Positions 56,212 to 64,000 of a stretch of DNA of 64,000 nucleotides are shown here, in pieces. The number at the start of each line of letters is the position of its first letter. Position 1 is the first letter of the stretch. Origin of the DNA: Candidatus Nomurabacteria bacterium (GTDB lineage: Bacteria > Patescibacteriota > Minisyncoccia > Phycocordibacterales > UBA5272); contig JBEIQD010000002.1 in the NCBI GenBank assembly GCA_040376695.1, positions 114,436 to 178,435 of the forward strand, written 5' to 3'. A program made the translations under genes and the position numbers. Under the pieces are notes generated by a model. That model saw only the letters and a list, made by a program, of their open reading frames with translations. It made no database searches and had not been told where the DNA came from.

Positions 56212-56322
56212 TATTAAAATCTTTGTAAATTAGAGCTTTTTACAACCAACTCAGCAAGAAACCTCTAACCCTTGCAACCAAACCTGTGCTGTGGTATCTT
56301 TTTCAATACATTAAACAAAATT

Positions 56323-56499
56323 ATGCTTATTGATGAAGAAGAAGGAAAACCGGTTGGTGAGGTAAACCCAGATGCGCTTGAAGCTGTCTTTGAAGACGAC
56401 TCAGCAACAGATGAGGAGGTGTTTATTTTTGGAACAACGGAAGAAGAAGAAAACGAGGTTGATATCGCTTTCGAACCAAACCCAGAAAACTACTGGTAA
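56323..56499 (+). CDS. Small highly acidic protein
   Basis: 58-aa D/E-rich ORF followed by a bidirectional hairpin. Confidence 0.55.
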   Translation: MLIDEEEGKPVGEVNPDALEAVFEDDSATDEEVFIFGTTEEEENEVDIAFEPNPENYW

Positions 56500-56537
56500 G
56501 AATAAGAAAAAGCCGTTGCTCTGCAACGGCTTTTTCT

Positions 56538-57731
56538 TTAGGCAACTACAATTTTTATAAATCTCTTCTTTCCAATCTTAAGCGTTACATTGTAAGCTTT
56601 TACTTTTGCATCAGTCACCACCGCCCCTGACACATCAGCTACTGCCCCATCTTCTACCAGTCTCCTCCAGTCAGTTTTAGACGTTACTACCGCTCCCTCT
56701 ATAAGAACATCCGCAAGATCTTTATCTCCGGTCGTTACTATTTCCGGAATAGTATCTGGCACTCCACCTTTTGAAAAGGTTTCAATCCAAGAATTTTTTG
56801 CAAGGGACGCTTGTTTCTCATCGTGGTACATCGTAACTATTTCTGTTGCGAGTCTCATTTTAATATCGCGAGGATTTGCTCCGCCAGCTAATTCTTTTTC
56901 GATGTCCGTGATTTCTGCAAGCGAAAGATCTGTACAGAGAGTAAAGTATTTAACAACCAACTCATCACGAACTGACATTAATTTACCAAACATATCAAAC
57001 GGCTCATCAACGATAGTAATTACGTTTTCCCAGCTTGTTGACATCTTGCGTCCATCTGTTCCTTCAAGCATCGTACCTACCATAATGTGCTGCTTAGGCA
57101 TATCAAAATATTCCTGCATAATTCTACCTGCCTTTACGTTAAAAAGCTGATCGAAACCCCCTAGTTCAACATCTGATTTTATTTCGACTGAATCATACCC
57201 TTGCATCATTGGGTACAAAAATTCACGAAGTGAGATTTCTTTCCCTGCGTCATAACGCTCTTTAAAATTTCTTCGAGCCAACATTTGCTGCACAGTGAAG
57301 CAATCCATCATTTTTACCACATCACTAAAGGAAAGCTTTGAGAGCCAATCGTTGTTGTACACAAACTCAGTCTTACTGATATCAATAATTTTCCCAATCT
57401 GATTTTTGTAGTCCTTAATATTTTCATCAATTTGAGCACGGGTAAGCATTGGACGCTTTTCTGTTTTATCTGACGCGTCTCCAATCTGAGCAGTAAAATC
57501 CCCCACTACAAGTACCGCTTGATGTCCCATTCTTTGGAGTTCTCGAAGTTTACGAAGTGGAATTGCGCGACCAAGGTGAATCTTTGGACCAGTAGGATCG
57601 ATACCCAACTTTACACGCAATACCCTCCCAGACATAAGGTCTTTCTTAAATTCTTCCTTTACGAAAATATCTTCCACCCCTCGAGAGAGAAGTTCATCAA
57701 TCTTTGCTTCGTCAACTAGTACTTTGTCCAT
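56538..57731 (-). CDS. tyrS: Tyrosine--tRNA ligase
   Basis: GIDPTG..IHLG, YPMMQGYD, GGFDQ.FN, KMSTS, S4 tail IGKKRF. Confidence 0.96.
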   Translation of the reverse strand: MDKVLVDEAKIDELLSRGVEDIFVKEEFKKDLMSGRVLRVKLGIDPTGPKIHLGRAIPLRKLRELQRMGHQAVLVVGDFTAQIGDASDKTEKRPMLTRAQIDENIKDYKNQIGKIIDISKTEFVYNNDWLSKLSFSDVVKMMDCFTVQQMLARRNFKERYDAGKEISLREFLYPMMQGYDSVEIKSDVELGGFDQLFNVKAGRIMQEYFDMPKQHIMVGTMLEGTDGRKMSTSWENVITIVDEPFDMFGKLMSVRDELVVKYFTLCTDLSLAEITDIEKELAGGANPRDIKMRLATEIVTMYHDEKQASLAKNSWIETFSKGGVPDTIPEIVTTGDKDLADVLIEGAVVTSKTDWRRLVEDGAVADVSGAVVTDAKVKAYNVTLKIGKKRFIKIVVA

Positions 57732-57767
57732 CCCCTTATATTATCATAGGTATGCTACTATTATGAA

Positions 57768-59972
57768 ATGACCACAAACGTAGAAATGCGCAAGAAAAAG
57801 GCGCAAAAGAAACTGTTAAAGGAAGCTTTTTTTGTAATAACTTCTCTTGGAGTTATTGTTGTCGCCCTCATGATCGGGTGGGTTGCAACACTTCAGTTAC
57901 CTGACTTTAATAACTTTGAAAATAGATCAATCGCCAATTCAACAAAAATTTATGATCGTACTGGGAAAATAGTACTTTATAACATTCACGACAACGTGCG
58001 GCGTACAGAGGTTGCTATTGCTGATATTAGTCCTTATATCCAGCAAGCAACAATCTCTATTGAAGATGCTCACTTCTACGAACACAACGGGTTCCGCCCA
58101 ACTTCTTTTATTCGCGCAGCTATCGCAAACGTGCTCAGTGGAGGATACTCTCAAGGTGGATCAACTATCGACCAACAGGTTGTTAAAAATGCTCTTCTTA
58201 CTCGAGAAAAAACTATTTCTCGAAAAATGAAAGAAATTGTTCTCTCTCTTAAACTAGACCGCGAAGTTCCTAAGGATATTATTCTTCAAATTTATTTAAA
58301 TGAAAGCCCTTATGGAGGAACTCTCTATGGGGTTGAGGAGGCGTCTCTAGCTTTCTTTAATAAACATGCAAAAGACATAACGCTTACTGAGGCTGCTTAT
58401 TTAGCCGCCCTTCCACAATCTCCAACGTATTATTCTCCGTATGGTAAAAACCGAGAAGCCCTGGAGAAACGTAAAAACCTTGTACTCGAAAGAATGTTCG
58501 AGCTTGGATATATCACCGAGGCTCAAAAAAATGACTCACAGGTAGAATCTGTCGTATTTGAGCGTGATGTTTCTAATACTGGTAAAGCTCTTCACTTTGT
58601 TATGTATATTCGTGAATACCTAGAGCAACAATATGGGGATGACGCTATACAAAATGGTGGACTTAAAGTTGTTACAACAATTGATTACGAACTTCAAAAA
58701 AATCTTGAAGAAATTGTAAAAGTGGGAGCATTGGAAAATGCTAAGAAATACAAAGCAACCAACGCAGCAGCTGTTGCAATAGATCCACGTAACGGACAAA
58801 TACTTGCTATGGTTGGTTCTCGAGACTTCTTTGATACAGAAATTCCTGGACAATACAATATTGCGTTAGCTGAAAGACAGCCAGGTTCTTCATTTAAACC
58901 TATCGTCTATGCTGCGGCTTTTGAAAGAGGATACACCCCTGAAACAGTTCTCTTTGATGTACCAACACAATTCAGCACAGCTTGTGATGCGTATGGTAAC
59001 CCTCGTGGAAACGCAGCAGCAACTTCATGTTATATGCCTGGAAACTATGATGAACTGTTCCGTGGACCTATTTCGCTTCGTGATGCGCTCGCTCAATCAC
59101 TTAACGTTCCGGCTGTTAAGCTTCTCTATCTTACTGGATTAAACAATGCGGTACGTTTAGCTCAACTTATGGGACTCTCTACTATTCAAGATCCTGCGCG
59201 ATATGGACTTTCTCTTGTTCTTGGAGGTGGTGAAGTCACTCTTCTTGAACTTACAAACGCCTACGGGGTGTTCGCTAACAATGGTATTTATAATCCTCCA
59301 CAAGGAATACTAGAGGTGCGTGATGGAGATGATACTGTGCTTGAAAAGTTTACTAAAAAAGAAAAAGAAGTTCTTTCTGAATCCGTATCATCACTTATCT
59401 CAAGTGTGCTTTCAGACAATAGTGCAAAAATACCGGCCTATGGAGCAAACTCACCTCTTTTCTTTGGAGACAGACCTGTCGCCTCAAAGACTGGTACAAC
59501 AAACGATTACCGAGATGTGTGGGTTGTTGGGTACACTCCATCAGTTGTTGTTGGTATGTGGGGAGGAAATAACAATAACAGTCCAATTGATAAGAAGGTG
59601 GCTGGGTTTGTACTTGCCCCTATTTGGCATAAAGCTATGGTAGCAGCCATGGGAACCTCTAGTATTGAGTATTTCCCTAATCCTCTCCCTAACACTACTT
59701 CAAAACCGATTTTACATGGTGATTATTGTTCTGGAGGTCTTCACACAATATTGGCCTCTGTTATTAAAGATAACCCAGACGGACCTTACCCAACGAACCC
59801 AACAGGAGACTCACAATATTCTAACTGGGAGACAGCTGTACAAAACTGGGCATCTAAACATACAGTAGATTGTTCTTCATTTGGAGGATCAACCACAGGG
59901 TCAACAACACAATCAACATCAACAGACCCGAATGGTGGTGTAGAAATTCCTATCACTAATATTGGTCTTTAG
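57768..59972 (+). CDS. Class A penicillin-binding protein (PBP1A family)
   Basis: EDAHFYEH, GGSTI.QQ, RK.KE transglycosylase; SSFK, SLN, KTG transpeptidase. Confidence 0.95.
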   Translation: MTTNVEMRKKKAQKKLLKEAFFVITSLGVIVVALMIGWVATLQLPDFNNFENRSIANSTKIYDRTGKIVLYNIHDNVRRTEVAIADISPYIQQATISIEDAHFYEHNGFRPTSFIRAAIANVLSGGYSQGGSTIDQQVVKNALLTREKTISRKMKEIVLSLKLDREVPKDIILQIYLNESPYGGTLYGVEEASLAFFNKHAKDITLTEAAYLAALPQSPTYYSPYGKNREALEKRKNLVLERMFELGYITEAQKNDSQVESVVFERDVSNTGKALHFVMYIREYLEQQYGDDAIQNGGLKVVTTIDYELQKNLEEIVKVGALENAKKYKATNAAAVAIDPRNGQILAMVGSRDFFDTEIPGQYNIALAERQPGSSFKPIVYAAAFERGYTPETVLFDVPTQFSTACDAYGNPRGNAAATSCYMPGNYDELFRGPISLRDALAQSLNVPAVKLLYLTGLNNAVRLAQLMGLSTIQDPARYGLSLVLGGGEVTLLELTNAYGVFANNGIYNPPQGILEVRDGDDTVLEKFTKKEKEVLSESVSSLISSVLSDNSAKIPAYGANSPLFFGDRPVASKTGTTNDYRDVWVVGYTPSVVVGMWGGNNNNSPIDKKVAGFVLAPIWHKAMVAAMGTSSIEYFPNPLPNTTSKPILHGDYCSGGLHTILASVIKDNPDGPYPTNPTGDSQYSNWETAVQNWASKHTVDCSSFGGSTTGSTTQSTSTDPNGGVEIPITNIGL

Positions 59973-60202
59973 TTTTGAAAGGTATAACCCAAAGACTCTA
60001 AAACTTCCTTACCTCCTTTTTGGAGGATGGCTGTTTTCTTAACAGACGATGTTGAGATTTGCACTTTCTTTTTTGAAATAGTTATTTCTGATTCAGAAAG
60101 AATAACGCCAGTGGTGTTTGTGATTGAAGTAATAACTTCTTGTTTTGTATTTTCTCTTTCCTTAATGTTTCGTATATATTTTGAAAATAAACCTTGCTCC
60201 AT
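59969..60202 (-). CDS. Small hypothetical protein coupled to dnaN
   Basis: Starts 3 nt after the dnaN stop. Confidence 0.6.
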   Translation of the reverse strand: MEQGLFSKYIRNIKERENTKQEVITSITNTTGVILSESEITISKKKVQISTSSVKKTAILQKGGKEVLESLGYTFQN

Positions 60203-60205
60203 ATA

Positions 60206-61297
60206 TTAACGATTAAGTGGCATGAGAAGATATGTAAAACTAATATCTTTGTTACCTCGTATAAACATTGGACGATTAGCTGTACTAAACATACAAATAA
60301 TCGTTCCTCCTTCAATATGAGATAAAACATCTAAAAAGTATCTATTGTTATATTTCACCTCTATATCATCCCCCACTTTTTCCCCTGAGATAGTGTGAGT
60401 TACCTGGCCTACAGCTTCATTTCTACTATGAAAAGTTACTTTTCCTTCCGTGAATACACACTCAACTTGAGAATATTGTTCGTTAAAGAATGTTGTAAGC
60501 GTTAATGTCTTTTGAAGCTCCTCTTTAGCTAACGTGACGGTTGTAGTGAATTCCTTAGGGAACAGCTGCCTATAGTCAGGAAATTGACCAGTAACGGTAT
60601 GTATCGCTAGGGTTAGGTTTGATGTACTGAAAGATAAAATACTCTCATGTTGTGAAAGTGTAAATATTTCATCTTCTTCATTAAGAATCTGAAGTATATC
60701 TGCTATGTGTTTCTGTGGAATAAGAATAGAACATTCTAAGTCTGTAGTATTTTGTATTGTTTTTTCAGCTAATCGATATGAATCTGTTGCTACTGTATAA
60801 ATAAGATCATCTTTTGTATAAAGATACACGGAAGCAATTTCTGGTTTAATATCTGTGGTGGCTGCACAGAAAGAAACCTCTTTTAAAAGAGTATTTATAT
60901 TTTCTTTTGAAAGCGTTCCTATTGCTGCACCTTGAGCAGGAAGAGTTGGAAAATCCTCATATGGTGTTGTTTTAATCTCAACAACTCCTTTATCTGTTGT
61001 TATTGAAAAAACACCGTCCTCCACCTCACACACCAGAACTGTATCGAGTGATTGAAATGTAGAAAGAATTCTCAGGAACGCTTCTCCTTGTAAAATACAG
61101 TTTCCATTTACAAGACCTTTAACAGGGATACTCTTCTCACAAAATAATTCGAGATTTGTTGCTCGTAAAGTTAAAAGATGAGTATCTAACTCAATATGAA
61201 TATCTTGAAGGTAGTTTTGTGACTGCTGTTTACTACGAGCACGTGATACTTGTTGAACAGCTTTTATAAATACCTCTCCTCTGCATTCGAATTTCAT
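60206..61297 (-). CDS. dnaN: DNA polymerase III beta clamp
   Basis: ATNLE, DFPTLP, VATDSYRLA, G.FPDY, YLLMP. Confidence 0.96.
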   Translation of the reverse strand: MKFECRGEVFIKAVQQVSRARSKQQSQNYLQDIHIELDTHLLTLRATNLELFCEKSIPVKGLVNGNCILQGEAFLRILSTFQSLDTVLVCEVEDGVFSITTDKGVVEIKTTPYEDFPTLPAQGAAIGTLSKENINTLLKEVSFCAATTDIKPEIASVYLYTKDDLIYTVATDSYRLAEKTIQNTTDLECSILIPQKHIADILQILNEEDEIFTLSQHESILSFSTSNLTLAIHTVTGQFPDYRQLFPKEFTTTVTLAKEELQKTLTLTTFFNEQYSQVECVFTEGKVTFHSRNEAVGQVTHTISGEKVGDDIEVKYNNRYFLDVLSHIEGGTIICMFSTANRPMFIRGNKDISFTYLLMPLNR

Positions 61298-61554
61298 AGT
61301 ATCTAGTATATATATAATATGATATTAAGTATAGGTCTGTGGATGGTGTGGGAATGCTAAAAAAGCCTTATTTTATAAATATTTTTTAGGAATTTATAAT
61401 GTAGGTGTAGGTATATAATAAGAAAGTAGTTGTGGGTAGATAACGTGTAATTAAAAATAGTTGTTAATAAAGAGGGTGGTTATTACGAAGATATTAATCT
61501 GTTATCCACAACAATATCCACAACAGTGTAAAAAGAGACCTTAAAGGTCTCTTT
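61298..61554. other. Probable replication origin (oriC) between dnaA and dnaN
   Basis: DnaA boxes TTATCCACA (61502-61510) and ATATCCACA (61514-61522), degenerate reverse boxes at about 61338 and 61431, very AT-rich tract. Confidence 0.75.
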
Positions 61555-62892
61555 TTACACCAACATTGCACGAATATCTTCAATTTCTCTAGATAGTTGA
61601 GGGTTTTCTTTTAAAACACCTTTAATCTTTTCATAAGAATGAATTACTGTTGTATGATCTCTTCCCCCTAACCTGTCTCCAATCATAGGATATGAGATAT
61701 CAAAATCTTCTCGCAAGATATACATAACAATTTGACGAGGTTTAACAACATCTTTTCTTCTTGTTTTGTTGTAAATATATACATCAGGAATATGATAATA
61801 ATCAGCAATAAGTTTTACAATTTCTGGTATTGAAATACTTTTCTTTGCTCGAACATTATTTTTTAGAAGATTTTTTACATCAATTAATGTAATTGCTTGT
61901 TGTTTAACTTGAATATAACCAAGTATTGAAGTCATTACCCCCTCTAATTCCCGAATGTTACCCTGCACCGTTTCAGCAACATACTCTAAAACCTCATGAG
62001 GAATTTTTTCAGAATAATCTTTTGTTTTAGCCATTAAAATAGCAAGCCTTGATTCAACTGACGGAATATTTACATCTACAATCATTCCATGGTTGAAACG
62101 TGATCTAAGTCGATCTTCTAAGCCCACAATAAGATTTGGGTGTTTATCAGAAGAAAAGATTATTTGTTTATTCATTTCATAAAGAGAATTAAATAAATGG
62201 AACAATTCATCCTGAGTTCTTTCTTTTCCATTAATGAATTGGATGTCATCCATAATAAAAACGTCGTATTTTCTATACTTCTCTTTAAATGAATTAATTT
62301 TATTCATATTAGTCGCGTTCACATAATCCATATAGAACTTTTCAAGAGATGTATAAAACACCTTTCTTTCTGGATGTTTCTTTTTAACCGTGTTCCCTAT
62401 TGCTTGCATAAGGTGAGTCTTTCCAAGACCTGTATTTCCGTATACAAAGAAAGGGTTATATACAATACCTAATCCGTTTATAACAGCTTGAGAGCAAGCA
62501 TAAGCAACCTCATTGAAAGACCCAACGATAAACGTATCGAAGGTATAGCGAGGATTAAGCCCATCATCTTTGTTGATGTATAAATCTTGAAGAGGAAGAG
62601 GTTGCCCAGTGATCGCTATATGCTGAGCCTTCTTTTGAAGGTTTTCTGGTTTTACAACCGTAAAGACAATAGATCGAACACTTTCATGAATAGTGCGAAG
62701 AATGCGGAGGATAAATTTATGGTACTTTTGGTTGAGCCAGTCCTTAACGAATTCATTAGGAACACCAATAGTTACCTCACCGTCTTTGTAGTCGATAATA
62801 CGAGTGTTTTTAAACCACGTATTAAAGTTAACTCGAGAAAGTTCAATCTCAATCTGAGATAATGCACTGTTCCAGAGTTGTTGGTAATCCAT
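61555..62892 (-). CDS. dnaA: Chromosomal replication initiator DnaA
   Basis: YTFDTFI.G..N, GNTGLGKTHL, DDIQF, RELEG, RDHTTV. Confidence 0.98.
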   Translation of the reverse strand: MDYQQLWNSALSQIEIELSRVNFNTWFKNTRIIDYKDGEVTIGVPNEFVKDWLNQKYHKFILRILRTIHESVRSIVFTVVKPENLQKKAQHIAITGQPLPLQDLYINKDDGLNPRYTFDTFIVGSFNEVAYACSQAVINGLGIVYNPFFVYGNTGLGKTHLMQAIGNTVKKKHPERKVFYTSLEKFYMDYVNATNMNKINSFKEKYRKYDVFIMDDIQFINGKERTQDELFHLFNSLYEMNKQIIFSSDKHPNLIVGLEDRLRSRFNHGMIVDVNIPSVESRLAILMAKTKDYSEKIPHEVLEYVAETVQGNIRELEGVMTSILGYIQVKQQAITLIDVKNLLKNNVRAKKSISIPEIVKLIADYYHIPDVYIYNKTRRKDVVKPRQIVMYILREDFDISYPMIGDRLGGRDHTTVIHSYEKIKGVLKENPQLSREIEDIRAMLV

Positions 62893-62993
62893 AGTAGAGT
62901 AGTATACACTCAGAAAATTTTGCTACAACTTGACGAGATAGAGATAAGTATACGCTTATTGATTTATCCGCCCCATTCGTGTAGAATAGCGCC

Positions 62994-63128
62994 ATGTCTA
63001 TTACATATAACCCAAAAAGGAAGAAGCGAGGAACAACCCACGGTTTTCTCGTTCGTATGGCGTCAAAAGGTGGACGTAGAGTAATTTCTCGTCGTCGATC
63101 AAATGGACGAAAGAAGCTTTCTGTCTAA
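62994..63128 (+). CDS. rpmH: 50S ribosomal protein L34 (not in ORF track)
   Basis: Manual translation [44 protein letters not shown]. Confidence 0.95.
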   Translation: MSITYNPKRKKRGTTHGFLVRMASKGGRRVISRRRSNGRKKLSV

Positions 63129-63136
63129 TTATTTTT

Positions 63137-63460
63137 ATGCTTCCAAAGATGAAGCGGGTAACGGCAACTGATTTCAAGGGTACAAAAACGCGGCTCGTTT
63201 ATCGAGGTGCGTTTTTTGATCTTAGTGTTGCGCCGACAGGTTCATCCGAAGATATAACTAAATTTGCATGTGTGATAGCTAAAAAGCGTATCAAGCGAGC
63301 TGTCGACAGGAATAGAGCTAAGAGAAAAATATATACTCAACTCACCGGCATACAAACAAAGACCCCTCTTCTTGTATTCATTTACCCCACTAAACATATA
63401 CTTCAAGCCCCTTCTTTTTCAATCAAAGAGGAAATAAGTAAAGCATTTGCTACACTGTAA
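63137..63460 (+). CDS. rnpA: Ribonuclease P protein component
   Basis: KKRIKRAVDRNRAKR RNR motif; rpmH-rnpA-yidC order. Confidence 0.92.
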   Translation: MLPKMKRVTATDFKGTKTRLVYRGAFFDLSVAPTGSSEDITKFACVIAKKRIKRAVDRNRAKRKIYTQLTGIQTKTPLLVFIYPTKHILQAPSFSIKEEISKAFATL

Positions 63461-63470
63461 CAACAAAACT

Positions 63471-64000
63471 ATGTTCCACACCATTTTCTACGAACCAATT
63501 TATAACCTTCTTGTTCTTGTTCTTACCTATGTCCCTCTTCATGATATAGGAACAGCAATTGTTATTGTGACACTTATTGTTAAGCTAATACTTCTTCCAC
63601 TTAATCTTTCAGCACTACGAAGTCAGTACATTATGAAGCGCCTAGAAGGAGAAATGGCGGCTTTAAAAGAAGAGCACAAAGCCTCACCCCAGGAGGCCTC
63701 GAAGAAAATGATGGAGGTATATAAACGTGAAAAGATAAATCCATTTGCAAGTCTCTTCACGGTTCTTGTTCAGATTCCAATCTTTTTCGCGCTCTACTTC
63801 GTTTTCTCTAAAGGGCTTTTTGCTGACCCAAACTCGCTGTACTCTTTCGTCAGTTTCCCAGAGACATTACACACAAAAGCCTTTGGATTATTTGATGTAA
63901 TGGATAAAAATATTGTAATCGCAGTATTAGCAGGACTTTCTTCATATGTTCTTGCGCGCCGCCAAACTGCATCAATGGTTGCTCCTAAAAAAGAAGGAAA
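63471..64000 (+). CDS. yidC: Membrane protein insertase YidC, 5' part (runs off window)
   Basis: MFHTIFYEPIYN...AIVIVTLIVKLILLPL...INPF...QIPIFFALY. Confidence 0.92.
   Translation, partial: MFHTIFYEPIYNLLVLVLTYVPLHDIGTAIVIVTLIVKLILLPLNLSALRSQYIMKRLEGEMAALKEEHKASPQEASKKMMEVYKREKINPFASLFTVLVQIPIFFALYFVFSKGLFADPNSLYSFVSFPETLHTKAFGLFDVMDKNIVIAVLAGLSSYVLARRQTASMVAPKKEG

Overview
Origin-proximal 64 kb of a small, AT-rich bacterial genome (genetic code 11) with Patescibacteria/CPR (Parcubacteria-like) hallmarks: secE-nusG-rplK without rplA, a short polA, tRNAs often lacking encoded CCA, and a pilB-type ATPase. It carries mainly housekeeping genes (ssb, rpsF, metG, ileS, argS, tyrS, recO, ruvABC, mutM, polA, dnaN, oriC, dnaA, rpmH, rnpA, yidC), seven tRNAs and a dTTP-synthesis cluster. 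Main observations: (1) Two expression grammars. Core genes have a -10 box 6-8 nt before ATG and no Shine-Dalgarno (SD), while about 11 dispersed, often GC-richer genes have strong SD motifs, leaders and usually their own promoter and terminator; they encode nucleotide enzymes and host-like or degenerate proteins. (2) A 7.4 kb serine-recombinase element in tRNA-His whose att core lies inside the recombinase gene, so integration and excision swap its C-terminus and the element supplies the tRNA's CCA; it carries an RloC-like ABC-ATPase/HEPN protein and a C4/CI-like structured leader. (3) An ultrashort-Stem-I ileS T-box with a transcriptional terminator, upstream of an IleRS with an inserted histidine-phosphatase domain. 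(4) A tRNA-mirror structured element beside tRNA-Arg(GCG). All calls come from reading motifs by eye; no searches were run.
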